NCBI GenBank assembly: GCA_002633005.1
Contig: NMRA01000013.1
Coordinates: forward strand, 446,347-510,346
Source: Phoronis australis
Lineage: Eukaryota; Animalia; Phoronida
Reading direction: 5' to 3'
DNA length: 64,000 nucleotides
Of this stretch, positions 36,058 to 50,100 are shown one piece after another (position 1 is the stretch's first letter; each line of letters begins with the position of its first letter). Both the position numbers and the translations under genes were made by a program. The notes under the pieces are model-generated. The model had not been told where the DNA came from, did no database searches, and saw only the letters and a list, made by a program, of their open reading frames with translations.

Positions 36058-37493
36058 TGCTGTATTCACCCAAATAATGGCACAGGGCGCTTAGAAAAAT
36101 TCATTTTAGGGGAGGAGCGCTTATTGTAACCCAAGGCGGTTGAAACCCGGTCTCCAAAACGGGTGAAATCAAAAACAAAGATTCATCATTTTTACGCTCT
36201 GTGACATACCTGTAAGCTATGACTGACCTTGCTATAAAATCGTGGTGCATTGCTATCAAACTTTGTTATTAAATTACTATCATTTTACAGAAAATTATGC
36301 TGAAATCCCTGGGCAAACACTCGCCGACTGATACATAACTGTCAGTATGGAACCTTGAATGCTTGAATAAAAACAGTTTCAACTCTAGCAAATTACCTGA
36401 AATCCTCCTTAAGTTTTCCAAATAGAATCCCTAAGATTTTTAAGTTCCCGTGGAGTTGGGATTAATGGCAGGTTAAGTCCAAATCTGTGCTAGATTGTAC
36501 CATCTATGATCGAAGGCCTACCGGGCAACGTGAGAAAAATCTCTGGCAAACACACGTGTTGTTGTCACGTGATGTTTCTTTTGAAGTTCGTTTGCATGTG
36601 TGAGTAAGCGAGCACGTGCATGTCACCAGAGTTCAATTTCCAGAGTAAACGCAATTTAATGAGTTAGATGTGTATTGTATCTTAAAAAATTAGCACAAGC
36701 AGTAAAGCAGAATGTATATTATTCACCACTTGTCGGTCTCATCTGCTAAAAACGTTCGACAATTGTCTGAGAAAGGCCCGTATTACCAGTAGTCACACTG
36801 TGGCTAGGTATGCATGTGATTGTCTGACAGTTATTTTTCGGGTGCATGGGCTGCCAGTGATCATTTTATCGGATGTTTGACTTTAAAAACACCAATTATG
36901 ATTAATTAAACAATCCTTCTTAAAATGTTTTTTATGGTATTAGAAACTCTTAGCGCCAATATTTATTTCTTGCCGTTGCTACGCTACCCGTTGTGAATAA
37001 ATAGGTCCTGAAGGTTAGTGTCTACGATGACAGGTGTGTGACGCACGCTTCCTGGCCATGTGCTTTTAACGCCAATTTTTATCAGTCTTCGATTCGCGTT
37101 TTTTACACCTACAAAAAAATTTGGAATCCTGTTTAGGGAGAAGATATGGAATCTATACGGGATAGATTCAATCCCGTTGACATGTACGCTGTCTGTTCTA
37201 AAAGGCCAGACCATAGTGGGACACGTTCCTTGCGAGGTCAGCAAAACTTGCGTTCTTTTTAGAGCATGGCGGAAGTTTAAAGTGTATAGTCGACGTATAG
37301 CGGCGAGGCTGGTGGTCTAGAAATTCCGAACTGCCAGATTTCGTTGACAAATTACTGTGGAATTTTCGAACTGTAGGTAAAGTATTTTTCACATGTACAC
37401 GTTCATGGACTGGGAGCTTATTTCAGCAAAGTCTGAAAACGCGTGGGGGGGGGGCTTATAGGGGCATGAGCGGTTATTTGGGCGAATACGGTA
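36058..37493 (+). mobile_element. TA-flanked (Tc1/mariner-type ends) element carrying a decayed HIRAN-like ORF
   Basis: Left end TGCTGTATTCACCCAAATAA versus reverse complement of the right end TACCGTATTCGCCCAAATAA. Internal frameshifted YKKIWNPV.GE...NPVDMYAV..LKGQTIVGHVPCEVSKTC..F.EHGGSLKC at about 37110-37330. Confidence 0.7.
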
Positions 37494-38572
37494 GTTGAAA
37501 GCCTAGTTAGAATTCATTTTTGACTTTTTACCAATTTGTCAATGATTGGGTCACATGGCCAGCCAGGTCAGGTCTTTTTGGTGAAATTGAGAAAAAGAGA
37601 TTGGTACTCTGATAGCAAAACAACATCAATGACATGCTCAAATTTTATTTGATATAAATTTTCAAGATCAGGCCTCAAAAATTGCAGATTTCATCTTGGT
37701 TTGGATTCGTTTCATGCAACTTCAAGATCATATAAGTTCTATTTTTGATAGTCCTAATGCAAAAGTGGGACATTTTAAAAACAATAATCCAAACAGCGTT
37801 TTGGAGAAAGCTTGATATCGGAAAGTTTCATTTGAATCCTATCAGCCATTTCCAAGACATGATGTTCACGGTGAAGTTGGCCACCAAATGTGGACATTTT
37901 TCAAGGGTCTTCCATAAAGGCCCAGTCATACAGCCGATCACGCATAAATCACTCATACAACACGCACAAATTCAATTTATGCGTGTTTTGATCGTCGAGA
38001 AATTGACCAGATTTTCCGGGTGTAGAGGTTAGAAATCACTGACAAATAACTGACTAATCACCTATGGCCCACGCACATATCACTTACAATCACTGATGAA
38101 TCACTGACATATCGCGCATATCGACGCATACAAGCCAAAATGATATATGTCAGCTAATTATCACTTTTGTAAGTGATTGCCAGTGGATGTCAGTGGAATG
38201 AACGTCATATATGCGTATTTCATGCGTGATATGAAGGTGGGGCGTCAGTGAACGGACGTGGACGTGCGTGATTTCGAACCAGTTCTGACGCATAAGCACT
38301 GATGGCAAACGCGTGTCCAGCGCATAATCACGCATACTCGACGCATAAACTACGCACGTCAACTCACGAATTACGCACACCGACACAGAGTTGTGCGTTG
38401 GAAAATTTTTTAACCGTTCAAGACTCAAAATCGCTCAAAAACCCCCCTCGACGTACATCCGCTTACATTCACTGATGCTCCACGTTGGTTCCACCGACCA
38501 ATTACGCATACGACGCAAGCTTCACGCATAGGCGAAAATCTGTGCGTGATTCATGAGTGATTCATGCGTAAT

Positions 38573-38756
38573 CAGGGCTCGACATAACGAGCTGCAGGTC
38601 GCATTTGCGACCTGAAATTTGGAAATGCGAGCTGAGATATTTGTCAGCTCGTATCAAGTCGCAAAATGCGACCTGGAATTTCCAACGAATGCGAGCTGAG
38701 TTTTTACACTTCTCAACAGATACCTGGCAAATACAAAGCAGCTCTTGTTAATCCGA
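38573..38756 (+). mobile_element. hAT-like MITE end (CAGGGCTCGACA..., with GCGACC/GGTCGC subrepeats), truncated at the n at 38757
   Basis: CAGGG terminus and repeated TGCGA(C/G)CTG motifs. Confidence 0.5.
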
Positions 38757-38839
38757 NTGCAAAAAGAAGTAGGTTTCGCGCGCAAACGCTGTGGACCATA
38801 AACAAGTAGATCTTTTAGTATAAGGTAAGTAGTTAACTC

Positions 38840-38896
38840 GTGGTGGTGTAGTGGTAACGCACGCGCGCGCTATTCGAGAGGTCGTGAGTTCGAGTC
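38840..38896 (+). mobile_element. tRNA-derived head (A-box TGGTGTAGTGG, B-box GAGTTCGAGTC)
   Basis: Pol III boxes at tRNA-like spacing; no complete cloverleaf. Confidence 0.5.
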
Positions 38897-39050
38897 TTTG
38901 GTAATTTTAGTTTTTCCTGTTTGACACGTTCTCCGTGTTTTGTTTTTTTTGTTTTTTTTGTCTTTCTTCGATGATACTTCAGGAATCAAGGAAAATGCTT
39001 GATTTTTAGAGGTGAAAACAGAAAAATTTTCTGGGTGGGAGGGGGTTTGC

Positions 39051-39160
39051 CCCCCTCCCACCCCGACCTCCCCCCATTCGGTGCTGTGCGCATCTACAAT
39101 CGTGGTTCTGTCCGGCCAAAATGTTAGGCCCCCCCTTGTGATATCCTAGATTCGCCACTG
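39051..39160 (-). mobile_element. hAT-like MITE end, same family as 5174-5293
   Basis: Reverse-complement match (...TTGTGATATCCTAGATTCGCCACTG). Confidence 0.7.
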
Positions 39161-39949
39161 ATCCCTGTGCATAGTTTATCAAAATTCAACAATGGACAAT
39201 TTTAGTACTCAAGCTCCTAGTTATCTGATTTCTCTTGCTAAATGAGGTTGAGTGTAGGACCCTAAAATAATGTCCAAATTTAGCTAACTTCATAACATCA
39301 TATGTCGAAAATGGCTGATCAGGTTCATATAAAGAGTTGAGGTTCTGTGCTCCATGCACTGTTTTCTAAAGGGCTTTTGTAGTGTCTCACTTTTGTATGA
39401 GGTACTGTCCAAATGCAAAAGTGACATTATGATTTTATGAAAAAAATCAAAGTTGCTTAAAACGAAAACAATATTTTTAAAATTTGTAACTGCGTTTTTA
39501 GATTTCACACACATTAATATCGACAAAATTTTGGTTGCTAACTTTGTTTTACTGTGATTGTACCAGAGCGAATTGTACTTTCGTGAAGAACAGATTGTTG
39601 TAACTTCGGTTGTAGTTCTGCGATTTTGGCGATTCAAAAACTAAAAATGATCAGCATTTGACGAGGATATCAGAAATGCTATTGGTTGATGTTCAAATCT
39701 GTTGTAACTTAACTTTTGTTTCTTAACAGCACAGCCCAGTCACAGTAGATACACCTTATTAGAGCAATTATTGAATGGAAGAGAGCTGACCTTCCAACCC
39801 TAAATGCCAGAATGGAGTTAATCAGTCATGTAAGATATTGGCTACAGGAGTCATCTTTCCATCTTGTTGTTCGGCTGTAGAATTGAACAAGTTGGGATCT
39901 ACTGGAAACGCCGTAATGTTTGATGACTTGAAACTGTACCCGTATTATT

Positions 39950-40213
39950 ACCACCACCACACCACCACCAGAACTACACCACCACCAGAACTACACCACC
40001 ACCAAAACTACAACACCACCACANNNNNNNNNNNNNNNNNNNNNNNNNNNNNNNNNNNNNNNNNNNNNNNNNNNNNNNNNNNNNNNNNNNNNNNNNTGCC
40101 ACTACCACACCGCCACAACCATCATCACCATACCACCACCACATCACCACCACTACACCAACACCACACCACCACCATCATCACCACCACTATCACCACC
40201 ACCACGCCACCAC
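39950..40213. repeat. (CAC)n-rich microsatellite spanning an assembly gap (n at 40024-40096)
   Basis: Read directly. Confidence 0.95.
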
Positions 40214-40258
40214 TCATATTACTATTATTATTCATATAGTTAAACTTTAATTTTCCAG

Positions 40259-40300
40259 AAAACCCCGTCAGCACACTGGTCAGGCCACGGAAGTTAGCAG
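40259..40300 (+). other. Probable 42-nt 5'-UTR exon of NR2C
   Basis: ttttccag acceptor and CAG|gttagt donor. When spliced to 40548 it places an in-frame TAG just before the ATG, consistent with UTR. Confidence 0.5.
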
Positions 40301-40547
40301 GTTAGTGTTACGCAATAAAGTTTGTATAGCGACTGGTGCATCTTGTTTGATTAGTTATTGTTATTATTAGTGTTTATTATTGTGTTTTTTATGAAAAATC
40401 CTATAATAGTAGTTTTTATTTAACTTACGAAAGGTTGACGTAATATGTGATTATGAACATCCGATGACTGAGAGGCATTGAACTTTCGAAAAACATTTTT
40501 ATTCAATATTTCAATCAATTACTTTAGTAGTGATTTTTACGTCTTAG

Positions 40548-41115
40548 ATGTCAGTACAACAAGTTGAGTTAAGTTCAACATTGAAATCTGAGACAAGTGC
40601 ATCAGACCCAGAGAGGCACTTCGCTACCATGGAGGCGGCTGCGGCGTACCCATCGAGTGAGAGCACGTCAACGTCCATTGTCGCAAAGTCAGGAGCGGAG
40701 ACAATGACCACTCATATTAGCAGTGGATCCACGCAGTCCACTCCGTTGCCACAGATACTCTCTTACACGCCTGACACGCAGTCTCCTTATGCCGTAAGCA
40801 TGCAGCAGGTCACCATTGAACCACCTAGCACCACAGCAACCACCCAGTCAGACGTTTCGACCTATGAACCCAGTCATTCGCGACCCGCGACTACACTGTC
40901 GCCACAGTTCAGCGTGGAAGTGGCTCAGTCCCAGACCACGTCGGGGACAACATCAAGTTCGGAGAACATGAGAGTTCTTATGGCCAATCCTCTCAGTCAG
41001 AATGCGTCCATGACTCCGAAAAATCCAGTGATGGTTGCCATGGGCAACAATCCGCAGGGGGTCTACCACATCATCGACACGTCCGCCCTGCAGACTCCAT
41101 CTCCAAACATCCCAA
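40548..41115 (+). CDS. NR2C2: NR2C coding exon 1 (S/T-rich N-terminal region)
   Basis: cttag|ATG at 40548; A|gtaaga donor; ORF 40548..41153. Confidence 0.75.
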
Positions 41116-44100
41116 GTAAGAATGTTACACTTCTATTTTGGATCATGAAATAGCTGTGCACAGGACTTTGGAGAATATACCAAAATGGGGTATTTTGTGA
41201 TTCATCCATAGACACTTTGAAAAGCACACAAAACATTTGCAGTTTTGTCATAATCTTATTAAGTATCAGTGTTCCGTTCAACTTGGCATCTAGATAAAAT
41301 ATATTCATAATCACATCGTGTTTACGAAACATTTTCATATGAATCACACTTGGTGAGCTAAAGGTTTCTGTTCCCGCTTATAGTTTTGAAGAAAGCAGTT
41401 TATTGAATAGTTGTCAGCTAGCGTACTTTAGAAATTATGTATTCATCGACTAAATATATACAGCCACAAACAGATATCTGAGTCAGTATAAGCATAGATT
41501 ATAGACAATAGATTCACAACTCCGACATTCTCTTGCGTACTACCCTAGAGGTGTCGCATCTCACCTAAATTATCTATTTTAGTTTCGGGGTAATGTATTG
41601 TGACGGGAAATTTTCGCATCTATTTTACTGTCTAGTACAACAAAAAAAATAATTTCGGCATTGAAACGCTGTTCAAAGTCTTACAATGATAGAAATTGTG
41701 ATATCATGAGTGCTTTTGGTATCTGACCACACAATAGCCGACCATGATTAGCAGAGGACGTACTTGCCGGAAGTAAAACTTTCTAATTTTACCAGGTGTC
41801 GCTAGTAAACAATGACGTCATGGTTTATGTGTAAGATCACAGATTTCGTCCATTAAAAATATATGGAGTTGGCGGTCCATGTAGTATAGTCTATGGTATT
41901 AGTCAACGCTTACCTCCTGCTGTGCTAAATCCTTTGAGCTCCTAGTATAACCCAGACAAAAGAGATTTCAGTCAAAATCTTAAGTTGTAAATATTTTAGA
42001 CCAACTGCTCTTCTTTCATACAAAAATGAAGAGAAATTCTGGGTTTGACTATTCAAATCCATAGGGGGTAATAATGCAAGTATCTTTTCAGCCAGGACCA
42101 TAAACCCTGTATTAAGCTGTGTTTACTTGCACAGGCCGACTGGGACAGTTCTATGACTAAGAGCAGGGTTCACAATGAACTATTTTCACTGACGCCTTGT
42201 CAGTTTCAAAATCCTTGTTGTGGATGAATGACACCCATGACTTACAATAATCCTTTCTAACCCACTATGCAGACTAGTTACCTGCTCTAAGCCAAACTGG
42301 GCAGTTAGCCCAAAATGTTTGGAAAAAAAAGATATAGCGACCCAGATTTCTGTTCGTGGGTGTATTTTTAAATAGGTCAACAACAGACTCCTAGGAGCAT
42401 GTTTGTACTTCACAGTGTGTAACTGCTCAATGCATTATTAGCCCCACAGGTAGCCATGACACTAGCTGGGGGCAAGATCATTACTTTGCCAACTAGTCTG
42501 CAAACGATAGCGCTCCCTACTGGAGAGTTCAACCACACACCTGGTCCGGTCATAGTAAGTTGCTTTTAAATACTGCTTAAAAACTTAGTTTTGCCTGTGT
42601 CCAGTGGTATAGGGTTCAATGTCAGGTCACTCACGATTTTGGTGTAAGGCCTCTGTACATGTTGAAGGTATTGAGCGCTACAAAGGTATCCAACTTCAAA
42701 GTAAGAGAATTGGTTTACTAAATAACTCCTATGAGATCCATTCAAACAACAGTGAAACTGTACAAAACAAGATAATTAGCACGCTAACTTGCCTCATTCC
42801 ATGACTCCATTTCGTTTGATAAAATTTAAACATTCGACACTCCCCTATTGTGCTACAAGAGATGTCCTGAGGCAATACTCATGTTACCTAAACAGGTCTC
42901 CTGTTGAATACCTTCAAGTAATTAAATGAATGGTTGCACTGGCTTTTGGGCTTTATTACTGCCCTTTATCAGTAATATGTGTTGAGGTTTTATACAAATG
43001 TTGCTTTCATTGCATTGTTATTAATGGAGCAAAAAATTAAGGGCCCAGAATAAATGCTGTTTGTTTTGGAAACAACAATGTCCAGTTTTGCTCCAACTAT
43101 ATGGGCTTTATCATCTGTTGATGTACAAATCGTGTTCAATAACAAAATATGAAAATAACAAAATATGAATTCCTTTCTGAGGTATTAAGACTCCATTTTG
43201 TCATGTAGCGAACTGATAGTAAATTTCTTTCATTCATTGGGTAAAATCGGTTGCTAAAATTTCGATTTTTCCAACTCTTCAAACTAATAATTGTTATATT
43301 TCTGTAAAAGCTAACTGTTGGTGATATATAATCTGTATCATGCCAGTAAAGTAGTAAAATATTCAAAACAATTTATTTAATTTTTAAAGATTATCTCGTT
43401 GATGCCATGTTTATTGCTTTTCAGGCAGCCGTAACTAGTCCAGTTATTTCTCCCACTTCGGCGATACAACAGGCTTATGTAAGTTCTTATTTTTGAAAAA
43501 AGATCCGTGCATTAGCACCTGTGTCAGATTTGAGATGCATCGTTTAAAGTGGTTGTGTCGCAACTCAACGTTCTTTACAAATCAAGTTTTCTTCGTGGAT
43601 AGAACACAGGTTGTAATCGCATTAAACTGGTTAATAACTGGTTGATTCTCATGCATCACTTCTTTTGGTGTCATTTATTTTTGCCCATTACAGTCACTGT
43701 GTGTAATTTTGGAACTAAAATCTTAAAATCATGCTCCTAAACTGTTCTCAGACTGTCACCTGGAATAAAGAGCTACGTTCTCCAAACTTCAAAGAAACTC
43801 ACCTGGCTTTTATTTGTTTATAGCACGAGTTCTCACCTAAACTTCAAAAGAAAGATTCCGACACACCGCTGCAGGTGTATTCTGCACGAGAGATTAAACC
43901 GCTGGAGCAGTGTCTGGTCTGCGGCGACAGGGCATCAGGTAAATTGAATCAGAGGCATCTGCTACACTTGTCACAGGAGTGTGGCAGTTTTTTACATGTT
44001 CGCTACGAAACGTGTCATATTTTCACACAGTTTCCATGCTAGCCTTTCATATTTCTACTCGAATGGCAGGATTTACACTCTAGCATGGCACTTTTGTACA

Positions 44101-47100
44101 TGGATTACACGCTTTTTACATGGATTAAACTTTTTATACGCTCAAAGGCGGGTAATCCATGAACCTCGTTGTTGAGATGAACTCTTCAGAGTTTCATCTC
44201 CATAACAAAACCATTTAGCGTAGTAGCCTTGGTGCAAAGATGTATAAATAAAATTCTACAGTTTTGGAATGATCTGAATAAAAAATGAGCAGAACAAAAT
44301 CTCGTAAATGTCATTAAAAGGTACACTATTCCTTGAGTAAACAAATTTGGTTACTGGCACGAAAAGAACGTCGTTAGTCCATGCGCAGTACTGTTATATT
44401 TGTGGAGCGATCGTATGTGCAATTTTTGGGTACTGTGAAATTGACTGCTCAAATTGACAATTGCTATCCACATCGTTCATTGGCTGTGTTTTGACATTAG
44501 TCATACTCAAGTGCGCGCACTGAGCACGTGATTTTGCTAAATTTATCTCCCGGGTCAACTCAGATTTGAATTGAGCAATTAATCACACCCCCTCTTGTTG
44601 CAATTGCAAAGTTTGGGTCATGCCGGAATCATATCCATGTTTTTAATGGAGGAAACAACTTAGTGTAGTCACGTTCACTGATCTAAAACAATACTTGCTG
44701 ATAATGTAAGTGGATTGCCGTGGGAGTTTGAGCCATGAGAAACTGTGGCTGTTATTTTCCCCGGATTGATCGAACATACAAACTCCATGCTCGAATGAAT
44801 ACCCCATGCGCTTGCCCAGTTGGACCAAAATTTCAACGTAAGCAGCCAGTATTCGGGTAATCGCCCACCCATCACTTATGCTAATTTTTGATTTAGGCAC
44901 CCACTGCTCAGGTAATCCCCCCACCCTGTTTTAGGGTTCCCTTATATAGATGTGTGTGTATGTTTATGTACATTATAGTAATTAAGAAAACTTTGGTAAT
45001 ATTGTGTAACCTGCTTGAGAAACAACAGAGCAACTTAAGTCATGTAGACCATCGCTTATCAGAGTAATCTTAAAACCCCCAAAGAATGCTGTAAAATTTC
45101 AATGGTGGGGTGCATCATGTGTTCCAAAGTGTTCCTCAAATCTTAATCTTCAATAGTTTAGACTGCCTTCATACTTGGTATTTGTCGTCTTTGAAAACAT
45201 TGACATTATTCGGCACTCCTGTTATTTACGATAAATTTCCCTACGGATGTGTTTCATGCCTGTGCTTGTGCAAACTTGAATGAAACGTGTCATCATCCAA
45301 CAGGACGACACTATGGTGTTGTGAGCTGCGAGGGATGCAAGGGATTCTTTAAGCGTAGTATCCGCAAACAGCTCGGTTATGCCTGCCGAGGCGTCAAGTC
45401 ATGTCAAATCGACAAGAACCAACGGAACCGTTGTCAGTACTGCCGCTTACAAAAATGCCTGGTCGTTGGAATGAAGTCGGACTGTAAGTCTTGTGAGCCT
45501 CAAGTTTTCTCTCTTCACTCTGTCAACCAATAAGGGGTGTCCTGATTCACAAGGTGGTGCTATGTGAGGTGACTGAGGTTACTAATATGGGGCTCTTGTC
45601 TCGTGAATTTTCACATGTGATAGAAAATCGGTGTGGGCCAAGGGTCTAATCTCCGAGCTCGGATTTATTACTTTGACTCAATTTGGAAACTCAATCATGC
45701 CACATGATTCAAGTGCAAATCTGTGAGTTGCCATGGTAATTGGTCAATTTTGGAGTTTCCAGTACAGAGATAAAGCCATGTGCAGCATTCTATTTTTAAG
45801 CTCCATGGATTGGAAAACTTCCAGTCTTTTAGTAAGGTAGCATAGTGTTCCTAATTTTAACGCACTATAATTGCACTTTTAACCCGAGTGGAGTTCCGTC
45901 CTTGATTGTTTTCACAACTATGATTTATTATCAGAGTTAATGATTTTTACCATAACCAAAAATGCATCATGCTCGATTAAGACAATGATTTAGTCAATTT
46001 AACTTTTAATTTTCTTCACTTGATATGTTTGACGATATTTTTACAGCTGTTCAGTCGGAGCGGAAACCATCACAGAATCGAGTCACATCCCCAACTAGCA
46101 CACCGCCATCTAGTGAGAGAATATACATTCGCAAACAGTTGGCTAGTCCACTGGCCTCGGTCTCCATGTTTTCAAGGGTAGGAATTGTCCTTTAAGGGCA
46201 TATTGCGTGTTGTTTAAATAATAACGCTTAGGTCTTCTCCTTTCACACAACGACGAATGTCAAATTTTTTTATTTTACTTTGTTACTGTCAGACAAATCA
46301 AGTTTTCAATGGTTATACAGTTTATACAGTGGTTGGATTCATGTTATTTTTGGTTTAAAAAGAGCTTCATTCTTTACCATAATGCTTGAACTTTTGCTTT
46401 CTCATTGGCAATTAGCTCACTATATGACCTCTGTAGCAAAATCTGTCATATTGTGTGATTGAGTGGGTGGACCTTATCAATAAAATCATGTGACCGTAAC
46501 TTCTAATCGTGATTGGAGAACAGACTTTCGTACTGCCTGCTGTCAGAGCATGGAAGTAACAAACAAAGCCAATATCTGCCTCCACAGAATTTTTAACTAA
46601 GAACTCTGCTAAATAAATTTAACTGTTGATTAAATCCATGTTAACATCTTACTTTGTGATGCAATGGTGGCCTCTTGGTTTCTGACTCCTAGTTAGCTTC
46701 TCTCATCTTTTTAATTAGTTGCTTATTGAATATAATAATGTTTGAGTATAATGTCTCCATTCTGATTCATTGAGATTTGTGGGAATTTTTCACTCTCGCC
46801 ACCTTTTGTCTGAAATTGTAGATGTTTCTCTCTGGTTGTGTGCTTGGAATGAACGATTTCCCTAAATTCATTGCAATGTAAATAGGTCAGTGAGTGTAGC
46901 CAATCACAGTACTTGGACACAGACCATGCTTGATGATTCATCTTAGGGCCGGGTGTTATAATACTGAATTTGGCTACATTTATTATGCAGGAGGGCACAC
47001 CTGTCACCCCAGTGCATGGTTTGAAGTCTGAGAACCTACTGACCAACCTGCAGGGCCGACTAGTCGGCTCGGAGATGAACTATTCTGGAGTTCTGCCTGA

Positions 47101-50100
47101 CCCACAGGCATCATCATCGGCAAACACAGGTAACGCTGGCTGTGCATTCAAGAGCTGTACTGGTTGTGAATATCAATATTGCAATCGGATATCGATGTTC
47201 TCTTCTTGATGCCAAGAACATCACCTGCAAAGTATAGGTTCATGGAACTATGTTGTGAATTGAAGAACTGATGAAGTGCCCAACTGTCAGCTGGAAAATC
47301 TGTTTGAGACGAAATCTCGAAAATGCTGTTTTAGTTTTCAAAATTATCATTTTGTTTTCACTTTGTGCAACTTTTGAGTTCATGAAAAGCAAGTACAAAT
47401 TTTTATAGCACCTCATACAAATAACAAACGGAGCTTTTTAAAATCAACTTCTATCAGGGATTTGGAGAACTGTGCATAAAGTATGGTGCATGAAAGTTTC
47501 ATATGAATATGAATAGCTGTTATAATTGTGTACATTTTCTTTGGTCCTGCGCAACCTTAATACATTGTAGGTGCCGCATTGCATTGCCTGGTACATATAG
47601 GTTGTCACTTACAGCATTCTACATCTTACTATATTGTACTGTATCGTATCTTAGATCTGAGCACACTGGCCAGTGTTGTCACCACTCTAGCCACTATGGG
47701 GGGTAAGGAGAGAAACGACGGTGCCGGTGGCAGCAATGGGTCATCCAACGAGCGGGAGCAGGCTGATCCTGTGGCCAAAGCCTTCGAGACGCTTGCGAAG
47801 GCGGTGATGCCGCAGGAGAATGGGGGAAATAACGTGGTGAGTTTTGATGTGCACAAGCAGGCACAATGTAGGATTTTGGTCAGAGGCAGACAAGTGTGAA
47901 TGGTGGCCACTTCATGAATGCTAACACTTTTTTGTCTAAAAATAATGACTATACCTTAGTAAACACACTTTATCAACAAAAGTTTGTGTAAAAAGCTGGC
48001 TTTCATTAGTAAATTTGTTACAACTGCCATGAGAATTATCGCCCTTGTAAGCCTGTGTGACTTTTAGAGGTGTTTCTTGATACTATAAGATTTAGGGTGT
48101 GGTTGCCATATAAAATTTTTATGCGGGATGGTTGCGGGGCATTGGTTGCCAATCCTTGATCTAAAAAAAACTTCCATAAGAGATCCTAGTTCCCAAGTAA
48201 CTCTTTCAGTGCAAAGGGCACCTTTCAGCGAGATAGATATTCACTGCCATACGTGCTGATCAGCGAGAATGGTGACTCGCCAGTTGTTCAACTAGTTAAT
48301 GGATGTAGATAACTGCAGTTTAATGACATCAGATGACAGAGAGGCAGTTTTACCAAATCCCGACAGAAAGTCAAGTGTTACATTTCTCTCTCATTTTTTG
48401 AAGAGATTTCTGTTTATCGCTTACCTGTGGAATTGCGAGTGATTGTGTAGACTCTCAACTATTTAACAATTTGATACTTAATTTATCAACTCAAATTCAA
48501 AACAATTCTATTCTGGTTCCAAAATGTCCGACATGATACGAGGTACGGAGAAGGTCTGGCGTATTTCAACCAAAACCCTTCATTGTCAGTTGACACATAT
48601 TTCATCTCAAGCCTTGAATATTTGACCTTTGACCTAACGATTACGTGCTTCAGCATATAATGTTGTAATTTTAATATATGAAGCAATGTATATGCATCCC
48701 ATCCTGAAAGTTTTATAAAAATGCACCAAATAACAGTTGTACTGAGTTTTTAGTGATGGCACAGTATGTTCTACGTAATCTCCAAAACGTATTTGCCACT
48801 GAGAAATTCGGCTTTTAAAAAACTTAGCAGTGAAGTAATTAAGAGAGAGGTAGGCACAATTTTGATCTTATCCACTTGAACATCCTGCATCGAGTATGGC
48901 AAAGATGAATTATCCTGCGCTGGCTGATGATGGGGTTTTCCCATTACCCATTCCATTGTGTGACATTTCTTTCCCACCAGATTTCACTGCTGTAATTTTC
49001 TTTTCAGACTGGTGCTGGGGATGCCAGTTCAGGTGCAATGACGTCGTCGGAAAATTTGATGATGGTTGAAATAGATGGTGAGACTGAATTAGTTATGCTA
49101 GTCGTTAATGTTGTCAAGCTTACTGTTGATGATTCCATCTCTTGTGGGTTTTGTGTTTACATATAGCTGTAGTGCTAATATTTTCGGAAGATATCAACAG
49201 TTCTTGCTTAGTAGTAAAACTACCTCTTGGTATTTCATTTCATTTTAATTTGTTGTATTTTGGGTGATTTTTTGCCATAGCTTGGGTTTATACCCTCTTG
49301 ATTGTTTTGCCAGTAAGCGTTTGAAAGCATTGCACTCGTAGTTTTGGTGAGGCACTGTTTTTCAATGCGCATATCTTACAGATTGCCTTTGTAGACTTCA
49401 GTATATCGTTAATAGCATCTTCTCATTTCTTTGCTTGTGTGTTCAGTCGGATAATTCTACGTGAAATTTATCACCTTCCTCAGGGCCAATGTTGACGGAT
49501 CAGAACTTCCAATTCAACTTTCCGATGCCCTCACCAGTTCCCTCGTATCTGAATGTGAACTATATATGTGAGACGGCGTCGCGCCTTCTGTTCCTGTCTG
49601 TACAGTGGGCCAAAGGCGTGGCACTGTTTGCAGTTCAAAGGTGAGTCACAGTTACTATAGCCCAAAACTCTTAGTAAATAATATGGTCGACAAGCGAACT
49701 TCTATTCTCACTATTAAATTTCTGCTCATAAGTAAAGATTAGGGACATTTTAATCCATCAGTAGTGTCATTTGTGCTGTGTAGTTCTCATAGTAAAACAG
49801 CATTTAGCTTAAAGCCTGTCTTCAACGGTAACACCTGTAAATTTGGTTCCAACAGTGTGTTAAGAGCATCGCTCTGAGCCAACTAGTGCCATAAATTGCC
49901 AAATGTAACAAACTTTTAGGCGTATTGGCTTGCTTTTGTCTACGTCACAGCAAGAATCACCTTTTCATTCAAACATCTGCAAATAACACCCGCATGCATT
50001 GTGTTCTGTTCATACCCCTATTCAATACAACTGTTATCGGCCTTTTGTTGTTTGTGCTGCGATCTCGCAGTGACAAAACATGGCACGAAAAGGCGGGTTC

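Noticed and set aside
39838-40239. His/Thr-rich ORF
   Set aside because: Translation of a (CAC)n microsatellite across an N gap.
48623-48635. Perfect DR1 (TGACCTTTGACCT) in an NR2C intron
   Set aside because: This word is common in invertebrate interspersed repeats and its context looks repeat-derived. Not counted as regulatory evidence.
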